Shown here: positions 41,201 to 56,624 of the stretch, piece after piece | Position numbering within the stretch: the stretch's first letter is position 1 | Layout of the letters: each line of letters starts with the position of its first letter | Source: the human T2T-CHM13v2.0 reference genome, Homo sapiens | Reading direction: 5' to 3' (one strand) | DNA: 64,000 nt | Assembly (NCBI RefSeq): GCF_009914755.1 | Contig: NC_060932.1 | Notes under the pieces: generated by a model | The model's database searches: none | What the model was told of the DNA's origin: nothing | What the model saw: the letters and a program-made list of their open reading frames with translations, nothing else | Made by a program: the position numbers and the translations under genes

Positions 41201-43190
41201 CTATATGCCCAGATATATAGAGAGATATGCCAATATCTAGTCTTAAGTTTTCCAAAATTTTTTTTCAATTAATAATTTCCTTAGAAGAGACCTAACAATT
41301 GTGGTAACTACCTCAAGTCTTTTATGGAAATACAAAGAGAAACATTTATACAAAAATATTACAGATATGCAGATTTATATAGTATATATTTTTGTAAAGA
41401 GAAACATTTATATAAAATATCATAGACAGGTTTTTGCTACCTGTGGTCATTTTGATTCCCATGGCTATATAAAAACATATTGGTTGGGGTTACATGGCAT
41501 CCTAGATTGTTACTTAATTAAGACAAGGGAATAAAGAAGCAAAAAATTCACCACATGGTACATGTTTGGAGCCAGCATTTTTTGGTTACCATGAAAGTCA
41601 AAGGAGACAAAAGCCATGCCCAGGATAATGAGCTGCCACAGGCCCTATAATGCCAATAGATTTAGTCCTTGAGGTTTTCTCTTCTAGTGATAGCCCTCTA
41701 CCATCAATTAAGAAATTGGGAAACATCTATTTGGGAAGGAAAAGAACAAAATTGGCTTTAGAAACTTCAATTCTGGGAGGAAAAAAGGTTAAATTATTTA
41801 CTTAGGGTTTTGTTTGTTTGTTTGTTTGTTTAATCCACAGGGACTTATTCTTGTTTTTCTGTCATGGCTAAAAGTTCCTAATACTCACTACATGCATACT
41901 GGACTCATAAATCTCAACTATAATCTGTTTGTCAAGAATTTGCACTGGATAAAAATATTTTTTATTTTGGTCAGTTACACTGTCCGGAAAATCTGTGATT
42001 TAAAATAAATAAATAATACAGACTTAATAATCATAACTGAGGAACTTTCCAGTAGTTTTTAAGTGAAAACAATAAGGAAGCAGGTTAAGCAGACTATTAA
42101 TTGAGTTCAATATCTATAGACCAATGTCCAAAGTAAAGGTAAGAAACATATAGAGTTCAATATAATAGCTGAGGTGTCATCGATATGTAAATATGCTTGG
42201 CTAGAACCTGAGAATACTTATTAAGGGGAAAAAAAACCCAAACAGTAGGCAAAAATTATGTACGTAGAGCTTTTTATAGTCAGACTTCTTCTACATACAT
42301 TATCATCACATTTCATCTTCAATCCTTCTTAAAGGAAATCAAAGAATCATAATTTGCATTTTAAAGATGAAGAAAGTGAAGTTGAGAGGTATAGGTTCTC
42401 AAGGGTCACATGAATGGTGTCAACCTGTAATAAGCCTCATGTGTTCCCATATAGGAATCCAGAAGGCACGTCTCTGATGGGAACCCCATTATTTTTAAGG
42501 TAGACTCATGGTGTTCAGCATTTGAGTAAGTGGTGGGAACAAAGCAGTGTTATTGAGCATGGATATAGTAAAGATCACTGTGAAGTAGAAATTGCAATTT
42601 ATAAATTCACTGATTCTTAACGAGCAAGGTGGATGTGCTTTCTCCACAGTAGTGACACAGTGGGCAGAGAGAAAATCGAGCAGTGCTAGGAAACTCCACT
42701 CAGATATGATTGTGATCCCCAGGCAAGTGACCACGTCATGGAGATCACATTAACTGGGCGGAAATAAACTACACCTGGAGAGACAACTATTTTAGATTCA
42801 AAGACATTCAAAGAAAGAATACAACCTTATTCTAGGGGCTCTACTAAGTTCTGGGGTGAGAGTCATCTAGCAACTCAATTTATGTACTAGATTGAATGAC
42901 TGAGTAACAGTTCTCCTGATTGACATAATCCTTTTCATCTACAAACTACTGGTCAAGAAAGTGAGAAGATATTTATCCTAATCAAGTTAAGCTTTTGTGT
43001 CACATAAAGTACTCTTGAATATGTTTCTGTACCTATCTCTAGTTGAGACAAATTCAAATTGGGTGAGTATATTTTGTACACTTCCTATTGTTCTGTAGTT
43101 TGATTAATTTTGAAAGATTTATTTGTCTACATGTAAAGTAAAAATACCTTATCTCTACTTTAAGAAATGGGAGTTGGGAGAGAAAGCTAT

Positions 43191-43692
43191 TGTATTAGGG
43201 TTCTCCAGAGAATCAGAACAACAATAACAATGATATATTTTATATACAAGTATTTTTTATATATATATTATGTGTTTATGTGTGTGTATATATATATATA
43301 TAGAGAGAGAGAGATTTTTAACAAATTGGCTCATGCAGTTCTGGGGGCTGGTAAGTACAAAACCCATAGGCTAGCTGGAGATTCAGGTAAGAGTTGAGCT
43401 TGCAGTCTATAGTCTTGAATATGAAGGCTGGACACTCAGGCAGAATTTCTATGTTGCATTCTGGAGGCAGAATTCCTTCCTTTTCAGGGGACCTTAGTCT
43501 TTGTTTTTAAGGCCTTCAACTGATTGGATGAGGCCCACTTACATTATGGAGGGTAATCTGTTTTACTCAACATCTACTGATTTAACTGTTAATCACATCT
43601 AAAGATGCTTTCACTGCAACATCTAGACTTGTGTTGAACCAAGCAACTGGCACCATGGTTAGCAAAGTGGACACATAAAATTAACCATCACA
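43191..43692 (-). mobile_element. MLT2B-type ERVL solo LTR with internal (TG/TA/GA) microsatellite
   Basis: tgtattagggttctccagaga...gacacataaaattaaccatcaca; near-TSD gctat/gcttt. Confidence 0.88.
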
Positions 43693-44143
43693 GCTTTAAA
43701 AAGAGGGAGTGTGCATTATATTTTACCATCTTTTTTCCATTTTGTTCTCCATTCACAAATACCAACTGTCACCTTTTATGTCACACACACATAATGGCAA
43801 GAGTTTGGCATTGATAGTCATTGTTTATGTTGATTTGAGTACATAGGAAAATTTTTAAAACAAGGCATCAATTTTAGGACTGAAATAGGATGGAAAAGCC
43901 TTTTTGGGGAAGCCTGATTTTCTTTCCTATTTGTTTCTTTTACACATTAGGATGTGTTTCCTTACTTCTATGTTAATAATGTACAGCTGTCCAAGAGCAA
44001 AGGCGAATCCATTCTATAAGCAATGGTCCTTAGTTGCAACTTTGCTCTACATTTTACAATAACAATGCAAGATTGTACTTAATACTAGTTCTGCATGTTG
44101 ATATATGCGTAGCAGAGGCTTCCAAACATTTCTGATCGTGCTC

Positions 44144-44520
44144 TGTATTAATCCATTCTCACATTGCTATAAGGAACTACCTGAGATTGGGTAATTGATG
44201 AAGAAAAGAGGTTTAATTGACTACAGTTCCACAGGCTGTACAGGAAACTGGCCTGGGAGGCCTCAGGAAACTTACAATCATGTTGGAAGCAAAGGGAAAG
44301 CAGGCACCGTCCTCATATGGCAGAGCAGGAGAGAGTGAGGGGGAAAGTGCTACGCACTTTAAAAAAACAGATCTCAGGAGAACTCACTCACTAGCAAAAG
44401 GACAGCAAGGGGGATATCCACCCCATGATCCAGTCACCTCCCACCAGACCCCTCCTCCAATACATGCAGATTACAATTCAACATGAGATTTGGGTGGGGA
44501 CACAGAGCCAAACCATATGA
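44144..44520 (-). mobile_element. MSTA (MaLR) solo LTR
   Basis: tgtattaatccattctcacattgctataaggaactacctgag...atttgggtggggacacagagccaaaccatatga; near-TSD tgctc/tcctc. Confidence 0.92.
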
Positions 44521-45971
44521 TCCTCGATACTTGTAAAAACTTTTGAACATGCACCTCAGTGTTGCTAACTGCTGTATTTGTAATTGATACACACAATGCT
44601 ATATGGTGTATGCAATACAAAATATATAAAAACAGAATAGGAAAGGGTGAGAGGAAAGTAAACACAAATGGAGGCTCTAATATTTTTTTCTTGCTCCCCA
44701 GTGGATTGTCCTGAGCACATCCAAGGGGAGGCTACTCTTCTTTGGGTATTCACTTGTCTAGAGAATGCTTGTTAAATTGCACTGACTGTTCTCATTAGAG
44801 ATAATTGAAGTGCCTCACCTTGGAGTGCCAAATCATCTTTACTTTGAGAATTTTGTAAGAATCTTTCTAAAATGCAAAGCTCATTGCAATACCCTTCAAA
44901 AAGAATACACCAACATAATCTAACCTTTTTGGGTAATTTGCGGTTGTCAGATTTTACGCAGGAATTTTCACAAGGCCTTTTGAGTCAAGACTATTTGGTT
45001 CTTCATTAAATGGATCCCACTGCTAAGTCTTCTCCCTTTAGTTTTCTCTTCTTAGCCATAATCTGTCCTTAGGGTGTCATTTCCTAGCAACACAAACTTT
45101 TTATCTTCTCCATAGTGCTTCTTCTCTTCCATTAATAAAGCTATAACGAATAGTTTTAAATAGTTATAAATAACATCACCATTGAAAAACAAAATAAATC
45201 ACATTGGAAGAGCAGAATTGACTTTTATTTTCAACAATTAACTCTAGCCAACCAGAAATAAAAAATACAAACAAACAAAAGAAAAATGCATTGATTAGCA
45301 AAACCAAGGCCCTGGAGATCAAGTTCTCACAGGAAGTGGGGGAAGGTGATGGAAATCAATGCAAATATCACAGATTACATATTGTTTAAAAACAACGAAG
45401 ACAGTACTAAACATGCATCTTTTAAAAAACAAGTCACGTTTTGGACATTAAAATCCTTCTTCAGTAGGTACCATTTTTCCAGAATCAAAATCAAGTCTTT
45501 TGATTATGAAGAAAAGCCCTGGTCATAGGGTAGATTTCCCCACAGGTATCTACCTTTCAAAGTTTCTCAAGCTTGTTTTTACTTGTTGGAAAATAAAGTC
45601 TTTTGCATTTACATATTCTTCAATTGCAACTTTCTTCAAAATATTTGTATAAATGCTGAGTCTTTCTTTGAATTATTAGAATATTCAAAGTGAGATTTTG
45701 GGGACTGGCTTTCATCTCTATGTTGGACTAGCATAGCCTGAATTAAGGTTCCCTCTCCTGCTTTGTATTATGTCCTCAGACTCACCCAAACCTCTGCTCT
45801 AGAGGCCAGAGGAGAAAAATGACAGGTGTTGTTTTTTTCTTTAAGGGGAATGAAGTGAACTATGTATACCTACAAGACCACAGATTTTAAACATTTTACA
45901 ATGTGGATAAGATATATTTTTCAAGCCTTGATTGTCACAGATTTACTGTATTAAGATATTAAGCTTTCAAG

Positions 45972-46315
45972 CAGGCCTTGACAAATTTTTCTGTAAAAGC
46001 CCAGATAGTAAACATTTCAGCCTTTACAAGAAAGAGGCAAAATCAAGGATATTCTGTGTGTATTTATATAACAATACAAAAATAAATTTCTACAGTAATT
46101 TTGTTGAACAACTTCAAGATATCATAATCGAGTACAGTGTCTTTTACAATACAGGTCTATTAGTGAGAAGAATGGAATAATTTTTTTCAGGCTATAACAT
46201 TTCACTTCATTAGGTTGTAAAGTGAGCGCTCCCTCTCATCAAATTGATTGAAAATGTTCATCTGTAAACATGTGCCTTGAAGGCCACAGAATACAGGCAG
46301 CCATCTGACCTCTGC
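45972..46315. mobile_element. MER58/Cheshire-type hAT deletion derivative
   Basis: caaatttttctgtaaaagcccagatagtaaacattt...aatacaggtctattagtgagaagaatggaat. Confidence 0.7.
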
Positions 46316-46321
46316 TCTGAA

Positions 46322-46517
46322 GCAGGAATGCTCAACGTTTCGTTTTTTTCATAGTAATTATTGGGGAAGATCGTCATGAATGCAGATTTCTGAATTCCAG
46401 AGAGAAGGTTTTGACTTTGTTTGCTTGAAATAGGGCCCAGTAAATTGCATTGTGAGAGAGCTGCCCAGCTGATTCTGGTATCTGTGGATTCACACCACGC
46501 TTTAAGGAAGACACAGT
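46322..46517. mobile_element. MER5-like hAT MITE (degenerate)
   Basis: aatgcagatttctg...gggcccagtaaattgcatt...cccagctgattctg. Confidence 0.55.
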
Positions 46518-46730
46518 CAGAGTGAAGGCCTGAGACTGGCCTTGGAGTTCCTGTGAAGGGACAAGAAGAGAGAGCAGGTGTTCAGTTGTGGATGTCTTGA
46601 GGTTAAAGTTTCAGGGTCACAGACTAAATGTACTTTTAACATGCTGCAAGGCAAAAGCACCTGGTTGGGATGCCCTCACCAAAGCTCTCTGTCCAGAAGT
46701 TTCATGCCCACTGTTTTTCTTTCTCTGCAG

Positions 46731-46798
46731 GACGTCCTCCTTCACTTTCTGACCTTGGCTGGCTGCATTTCTTGGCTGGCTGCAGCTCTCGCTTATTG
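46731..46798 (+). other. Candidate 68-nt internal exon
   Basis: Acceptor tgtttttctttctctgcAG|g; donor ttg|GTGAGT; non-repeat context. Confidence 0.4.
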
Positions 46799-47049
46799 GT
46801 GAGTCAGGTACTAGTATATCTCTGTGGTAATGCTGGGACACAGCCTAGTTAGATTCCAAATTTTACATTCTGCTTTTTCACTCTCTCCAAAACCTCACAC
46901 AATCTCATAATAAACAAATCCAATAGGATTTTAAAAATATTCTTTCTAAATATGAAATAACAAGGTAACTAAAGTATAGGAAACTGATAAATTCTCTGAA
47001 TAAAAAGATGAATTCCAATCCAGTTAGGGAGATGCAATCTCTTTACGAG

Positions 47050-47570
47050 TATGCACAAAACAAGGAGAAAGTGACCGCGCCTCAGAGGAATAACTAAAAA
47101 GCTATGGAGTTCAGTGGGAGGTGGCATTACCTGCAATTAGGAGAAATTTGGAAAGACTTCCTGGAGGAAGAGGCACTTGAATTGATCCTTTAAAGAAGGA
47201 CAGCTTTTAGATAAGTGAAGAGGGGAATGTGGGAGAACTAGTGCAAGAGGAGGCATTTCAGGTAGAAAAGTAGAATGCAAAGACAGAGAAATAGGAAATA
47301 TTGGGCTGGGGCCAGCAATTTCTTCAATTTGTAAGAATACAAGTCATGAAAAGAAGCAGCAGCAATAAGGTTGGGGATTTAGGCTGAAAACCACGCAGAC
47401 CTTTAAGGACCATACTATAGAACTGGATGTTTTCCAGTGGAGACCTGAGGAGTTTGGGGTAGGGGGGCATGAGAAAGCCTGTTCTTTAGGAAGATTCATC
47501 TGAAAGCAGATTACGATAGGACCGCAGCAAGGAGAGAGTGGCATTTAAGGAGGTGGCATTTAGGAAGGTC
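47050..47570 (-). mobile_element. L2 LINE fragment
   Basis: ggaaagacttcctggaggaagaggcacttgaattg is a typical reverse L2 motif. Confidence 0.6.
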
Positions 47571-48000
47571 TGGCCCATCAGGGTGGGGGCATCTAAGAGG
47601 GAAGAGAGGAGTGGATGTCAACACCAGTGACACGAAGTCTGTAGTGCAGGCAACCACTTTGAAGAATGGGGCAAGAGTAAGAGAGAAAACATGCCAGTTG
47701 TGTGTCTTGGTTCTTGGGAGGAGGCTGGCACCATCAGTAGGTGATGACTGCAGAGGAAAAGGGACTGTTTGGAAAGAGCAGTGCTCAGGTATGCTATGCC
47801 TCCACTGCAGGTTGCATTAAGCTCATAGCTGAACTACCCAGGAGGTTAACATTTGCTTGGAAGAAGGTGGCCACATTGGGCTGGAGCAGGGACATCACAG
47901 AGTGCCCCAGGGTGCCTGACAAGGCCCACACCATGACCATGAGGTGGGCCTTGCTAAATGAGGTAGCTCAGTCCTTACTGAACATCACCTTCCTTATCAT

Positions 48001-48228
48001 CAGCACAGGCCCTGGAGCCAGATAGCCTGTGTGAGAGTCCTGGAGCCACTGCTTATTTGCTGTGAAACACCATGCAAGGTTCTCAACCTCGCTGGGCCTG
48101 TTTTCTCCTTGTAAAATGGAGATAATAACAATGCTGACATCATAGGGATGGTGTGATAATGAGATGAGAGTGTAAGCAAAGTGCTTTGAACAGTGGCTGG
48201 CAGCTGGTGAGTTAGCAATTGTCATCAT
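48001..48228 (+). mobile_element. MIR SINE
   Basis: gccctggagccagatagcctg...tgtaaaatggagataataacaatg...aaagtgctttgaacagtggctggca. Confidence 0.8.
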
Positions 48229-48234
48229 TTTACA

Positions 48235-48705
48235 CTGGCAATACTTAATTTTATGCGTCAACTTGACTGGGTTAAGTGATACCCAGATAGCTGGTAAAAT
48301 ATTATTTCTGGGAGTGTTTGTGAGGGTGTCTCCAGAAGGGATTGGCATGTGAATAAGTAGAATGAGTAAAGAAGATCTCCCCTCACCAATGTGGCGGGCA
48401 TCACCCAATCAGCTGGGTCTGGATAGAATAAAAAGGTGAAGGAAGAGTGAATTCTCTCTCTTCTTGAGTTGTGACATCCATCATCTCTTGCCTTCAGACA
48501 TCAGAGCTCTAGGTTTTCAGACCTTCAAACTCAAACTGAAATACATCACTGGCCTTCCTGGTTCTTTAGCTTACACATAGAAGATTGTGGGACTAGCTTA
48601 CACATAGAAGATTGTAGCTACGTGAGCCAATTCCCATAATAAATTTCCTCTTATACATCTGTATTTCTCCTATTGGTTTTGTTTCTCTGGAGAACCCCCA
48701 ATACA
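48235..48705 (+). mobile_element. MLT2D (ERVL) solo LTR with internal 22-bp duplication
   Basis: ttaattttatgcgtcaacttgactggg...ctctggagaacccccaataca; tagcttacacatagaagattgt repeated at 48567 and 48594. Confidence 0.88.
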
Positions 48706-49621
48706 GTGCTCAAGGCTTAGTTCCTCACCCTTGAAGAACTGACATTAATAATCAATGTACTTACATAAGATATGGTTGAAAATATTGAAAGCCTCTATAT
48801 CTTGACTCAATTTAGAGTCTCCAAACCTCTTACTAATCTTTGGCAAGAAAGTGAGGTCAGCACTCAAGGATCCCCGAATAACCTCTCTCCTATAGCTGGG
48901 CAGCACTGCGGAACCTATTTTTGTGTATTCCATCCCCCTCATACTGATTTAGTTCTCATTCATCTGGGATGTTCTGATGCTGAGTTTGGTCTAAAAACCA
49001 TATTCAGGACCCATTTACCCACAGCAGGAATATTAAGTGTGTAAGTGTGTAGTTTGGGATGTGTTTGAATTGTGGTGTCTATGTCATGGATTAATCAGTC
49101 ATTTCAGCTTCCTTCAACGTAAAACCAAGTTCTTGGGGATTGGAATGGGGCATTCTAATGAGTGCTTCTGTCAATATTATCCACCACTCACTCATTGCCC
49201 CTAGTCTCCTCTCTTCCAGTACTGAAGTTCGGAAGCCCCTGGACCATCATTTAATAGTCCTCTGACACTGTCTTATGATACTACTTATTGTTCAGAGTTT
49301 GAACCTTATGGCTCCAAAGTGGATATTTGAAACTGACCTGGTTTTCATGTTTCATTTAGAAACTTTAGCCATTCTTCACACCTCTTCTTGGATGACTTTC
49401 AAAATATGTATTAAAAGCCTAGGTCCAATTCCTGAATTTCAGAATCACATTCTTGACACTCTACTTTACATTTCAAAGTTCCACCATCAAGTTTAATATG
49501 TCTAACTCTAAACCCATCATCTTCTTATGACCAGATTTGCACCTGAGTTTCCATATTTCAGTCAGTTTCTCTCCCTGCTTCACTATCTTGCCTTGCACAG
49601 ATGGTCTGTCTTCATGTCCTG

Positions 49622-50258
<637 letters not shown>

Positions 50259-50461
50259 CCTGCCAATCATTTCTCAACAGTATCTTTCCAGGCTTGCACT
50301 TTGGTCAGTTCAGTCTACTGCTTTTTTTCCTTTTCCTGATCCCATCACCTCATACCTACAGTATTCCAGGAATACTCTAGTTGCCACACTTCCAATTCTG
50401 TACATTCTTCATTCTACACACAATCCTGCTGAATGAATGTGCCCAAGTGAACAAACTGACC

Positions 50462-50875
50462 TACCTTATTCCACTTGTGTTGCTATAAAGGAATATCCAA
50501 GCCTGGGTAATTCATAAAGAAAAATGGTTTGTTTGGCTCATGATTCTGAGGTCTGGAAAAGTTCAAAACTGGGCATCTGGTGAAAGCCTCAGGCTGCTTC
50601 CATTCATGGCAGAAAACAAAGGGGAGCTGGTATGTGTAGAGATCACAAGGTGAGAGAGGAAGCAAGATGGGGGAAGGTGTCAGGCTGTTCTCAACAATCA
50701 GCTCTCACAGGAACTGACAGAGTGAGAGCTCACTCATTACCACGAGGAGGGCACCAAGCTGTTTATGAGGGATCTGCCCCCAAGACCCAACCCCCTCCCA
50801 TCAGGTCCCACTTCCAATGTTGGGGTCAAATTTCAACATAAGATTGGGAAAGGTCAAACAAACCAAACTATAACA
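50462..50875 (-). mobile_element. MSTB-type MaLR solo LTR
   Basis: gttgctataaaggaatatcc...gagggatctgcccccaagaccc...ccaaactataaca. Confidence 0.85.
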
Positions 50876-51732
50876 TTGCTTGTGTGGTTGCTCTGCACTA
50901 ACATGCCTGCCATCCACTGAGAGGCAAGGCCCGAATGCTCTCAGTCCCACAGACACTGAAGGAATCTTCATTTAGGGGACTGATACCTTTAAGACCACTG
51001 GGATATAGCTCGGCTGGGGCTCTGGCAGGTGTCCAGTGCCACAGGCTGGGAGGGCTAGACATACGGGAAAGTAATTTGGACCATATTCCCCCAGGAAGAA
51101 ATCCATGATACTGGGCAATCTTGTGAGCAGGTGGAAGGATAGCTGGCTCCAGTGTGGCTCCCATTTTAGAAAGGATGGGGCCTTGGCTGGACATATGAAT
51201 CACTGATGGAGCTTTTAAAAAATACACATGCCTGAGAGATTCTGAAAAGGAAGGTCTGGGATGGGTCTAGAATCTTTGAATTTTTAAAAGCTCAGTGGGT
51301 AATTCTAGATTGAAAATTGAATTTTAGTGGTTAGCTGCACCCCCTTTAGCCAGAAAACTGATCCTATGGTATTGTTCATTTCCCAAGCCAGAGCTAGTGC
51401 TCTTTGGGGAGCAGCAGGCAGAGTTCTCCATGGCAGTGGTTGAGGAGCAGGGGCAGTGCAGATTTTCCCAAAGGCCATTTCCAGCACAAAGCAGTCCCAG
51501 GGCCACAGTGCATGCATGGTGGCGTGGAGCCTTTGGTCAAGCAAGGAATTGGCCCTATGTGTGTTAAGTTGCTCTTGTTAGAGTCCAAGAGAAGGGCTCT
51601 TTGAGGGATGAGATTTCACAGACCAGAGAAAAAAAATTTCTGTATTCCATCTTTTGCACTGTCTTTGGGAGAGGCTTAGAGGCAAAAGGAATATCGAGGG
51701 AAGCAGAGACTAGCAATGTGGGCAGTGGAGCA

Positions 51733-52175
51733 GGCTGTGGGTTAAATGGTGTCTCCCCAAAAGATATGTTGGAGTCCTAACCCCTAGCATCTGTGAATGT
51801 GACATTACTCAGAAATAGAGATTTTGCAAAGGTAATAAAGTTAAGATGAGGTCAGTAGGGTGGGTCCTAATCCAATATAAAAGTTGTTCTTATAATAAAG
51901 GAAGAAGACAGGGACACGCAGGGAGTGGAGGGCCATGTGACCATGGATGCAGAGCTAGAGTGCTGCATCCACAAGCCAGGGAGTGCCAGGACTGCTGACA
52001 AACATGCTGGGGAAGGCAAGGAAGGATTCTCCCCTGTGGGTTTCAGATGGAGCTTGGCTCTGTCATCCCTTTTATTTGTGACATCTAGCCTCAAAACTGT
52101 GAGAGAAAACATTTCTGTTATTGTAAGCCACCTAATTGGTGGTCCTTTGTTATGTCAGCCTTGAAAATGAATACA
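51733..52175 (+). mobile_element. MLT1C (MaLR) solo LTR
   Basis: tgtgggttaaatggtgtctccccaaaagatatg...aaggcaaggaaggattctcccct...aactgtgagagaa...aataca. Confidence 0.88.
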
Positions 52176-52654
52176 GGGCATTTTTTTTTTAGTCCATTTC
52201 TGTTATTTGGGTGAGGCAACGTGGGGACCAGCTGGCCGTGCTCTGTAAGGAGTCCCAATTCTGCTCAGGAACTATTGCCAACCTCATTAGCAGAGGAACT
52301 AGGGGCCTGGGACATGGGATCACATCCCAAAATTGGCCTCTAAATCCCCAATTAAAGAATCAGAACATATTTTTCAATGTATTCTGTTTCAAACAAGAAT
52401 TACTATTTGAAACTCTTTTTTCAATATATTTTACTTTTAATCTTTCTTCTTTCCATATGAGACAGAGTAGGGATGGGACCCAGCCTTAACTATCCCATAA
52501 CATATTTTTCCATACACACCCGCTAACCATCAGACCTTGCACCACCCCCACTGACGCCATTCCCGCTGACCACAAAACCTTGCAACCCGTGTGGGAACGC
52601 TAAGGTAAGCTGCAGCGCATCATAAATCTCACCCAAGGGCTTTAACCCCACCAC

Positions 52655-53110
<456 letters not shown>

Positions 53111-53437
53111 TCAAGTCGCCCTTCTTAAAACACCACAAAGACCTGCCGGCAGGGAGCCAGCTGAGAATTCTTGTTCCTCAGCTGGCTCCCCTGTGCTGGG
53201 GCATAGGCAATAAAGCCTTATCTGGAAAACCTTCACAGACCTGTGTCAGTTTCGGTTACATGAAAGCCTGAGAACCCATAGTCAGCGACACATAGAATGG
53301 TAAATTCAGAATTGGACTATTAATTTTTGAGTCAAAGTTTTTTTTTCTCTTTCCCTTTAAACTTGTGATTGTATAATTTCTTTTTTGCTTTATGCACTCT
53401 GTGACTGATTTATCAATTACTATAAAGTCATTAATCT

Positions 53438-54062
<625 letters not shown>

Positions 54063-54137
54063 GTTACTGGTAGAAGGTGTCCAAGTGACCTAGTAGTTAG
54101 ATATTTCCTCTTCAAATTGTAGCCTAGTCCACCTCAT

Positions 54138-54470
54138 TCAGTCTCTGTTGCTGTTATAACAAATTACCTGGGAGGCTCAAGGGGCAAATTTCTTTCTTAC
54201 CTCTTCCAATGTGTGTGGCTGTCAGCATTCCTTGGCTCGTAACCACATCTCTTTCTGTTCTGTGTTCACATTGCCTTCTCTGTATCTGTCTTCTCCATGT
54301 GTCTGTTTTGTAAGGATCCTTGTGATTGCATTTAGAACCAACCTAGATAATCCAGGATAATCTCCTCTCCATCCTTAATTTAATCATATCTTTTGCTATG
54401 TAAGGTGATATTCATTTGCTATGTAAGGGATCCAGGGATTAGGAGATGGACACCATTTAATCCACTACAT
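54138..54470 (-). mobile_element. MLT1 (MaLR) LTR, internally deleted
   Basis: gctgttataacaaattacc...gataatccaggataatctc...ccagggattagga. Confidence 0.7.
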
Positions 54471-54735
54471 TTAACAAATGCAGAAATGCTTTCTTTTTAA
54501 ATTCACAGTTCTGTATAATAAATTACCTACCTATTACACATTTGAGGCAATAAAATATACAAGTTTTGTGCACAGTAAGTTACCAATTCTGAGGACCGCC
54601 TTTTTCACCCATAATCTGAGCCACAGTTTTAGAATGAACCTACTTTTGCAGACATAAAATCCTTTACGTTTTCATATACACTGTATTCTACAGTTCCCTA
54701 CTGTATACATAGTTGTCTCAATAAAAACATGAAGC

Positions 54736-55052
<317 letters not shown>

Positions 55053-55762
55053 AGCGTTTAAGTAGAGAGGTTCCTAAGAGTAAACCAGTCACCCAATTTT
55101 ACAAATGAGACAACCCAAATCACATGACAATGATAACAGAGCTGCTGTAGAATCAAGAGGTATGACCCCCATTCACCAGCTTTTCCTGATATATTCTGTA
55201 TTTTCTTTCCTTTTATCTAACGCACCAAAGGTGTTATTCATTTGTTTCTCCAATCAATACATATTTGTTAAGAACTCACGAAGTACTGGGCACTACATTA
55301 TGATTATCTAGAGTATATAAAAATTATAAAATGTTTCACTACTGAAAAATTGTTGCTTATTTGCCAGCTTATATTCTAGTGCTCACTGCTTTAAGAAATC
55401 CTATGCTTCTGTTGGTCAATTCCTCAAGGAGACAGAAAAGTGGAAAACCCCAGTAGAGGTTTTCTTATTCCTCCAGGTTTTCCCCTTTCTCTCTGCATTA
55501 GGAGCAGGACCTCTTCCTTATTCTGAAAACCCCACAGCTAAATGCCATTTCCTTTACTGGCTGATCACCTGACTGCATCCTTACTCTAGGAAGCTCCAGA
55601 GACAGACGTGTGCTCTGCCTTCACATAGGAAGCTGCACATCAATCCACTGCCACTGGAACGAGGGGCTTGAGTTGTCCTTTATCCAGAAGTCACGAAAAG
55701 GATTTGTTCAGAGTCAGCTGTATTTTGTTCTTGGCTCCACTTGCAATCTATCCTCCATGTTG

Positions 55763-55774
55763 CAAGATGGCGGC
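55763..55774 (+). promoter_or_regulatory. Perfect YY1 consensus site CAAGATGGCGGC
   Basis: Exact motif in apparently unique DNA; palindromic E-box tcCACGTGga at 55821-55830. Confidence 0.4.
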
Positions 55775-56516
55775 TGGCCAGTTAGAACAGGAGAATGTCA
55801 TCAGGGGCTGTTATCAACAGTCCACGTGGATTGGAAATAATGTAATGACTGGGCCTTGTTAGCAAAAGATTGGCCAGTTGATCTATGAAGCACAGACAAG
55901 TTTCCTATGGGTATCAGCCTAAGAATTCTCTCTCTGTATATATTTCAATAAATAAACATAGGCAAGAACCACCTCTTAGGTTTGCTGGCTAAGATGAGAA
56001 CACATGATTCAACTTGCTATGTTTGGGTGCTTAATAAGGCTCACTAACCTAGAAACAAGGTAAAAGTACATATCAACAAATACCTGCCAAATACTATGTT
56101 GTAACTAAATATTTACAAATCTGCCTCCTCCTTTAGACTATACAGTCCTTAGGGACATAAGCTGTGTTTTTCCCCTGTTGGTTTCCTTTGTGCCCAACAC
56201 AGGACCAAGCCCACAAGAAGCACTCTCTAAATGCTTATCCTTGTTAAATTCAGTCCATCTTTACTGTGGGGCAGATATATGACAGGTTTCTTTCCCATGG
56301 ATCATTTATTCTATTTCCACTGAAATGTTACTTGGCCTGAATATTTTCTCTTCATCAGAATATTATTAAAGTAATAGAAGAAAATGCCATACAAAATGTG
56401 GTTATTTAGGACTGAATAGCTTAGTCATTCTAATTATTTTATCTATTATTATCTAATTTGTCACACAGTTTGTCCTAGCTGCTTGTAATATTATGGCTTT
56501 TCCAAAAAAGAAATGG

Positions 56517-56624
56517 AGTGTGTGCACATGCGTGTATGCTGTACATGTTTGTGTGTGTGCATGCATGTCTGTGTGTGGACATTATGTGCGTGTGCATGCA
56601 TGTATGGTGTGTGTGTGTACACAC
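56517..56624. repeat. Degenerate (TG/CA)n alternating purine-pyrimidine tract
   Basis: gtgtgtgcacatgcgtgtatg...gtgtgtgtgtacacaca. Confidence 0.85.
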
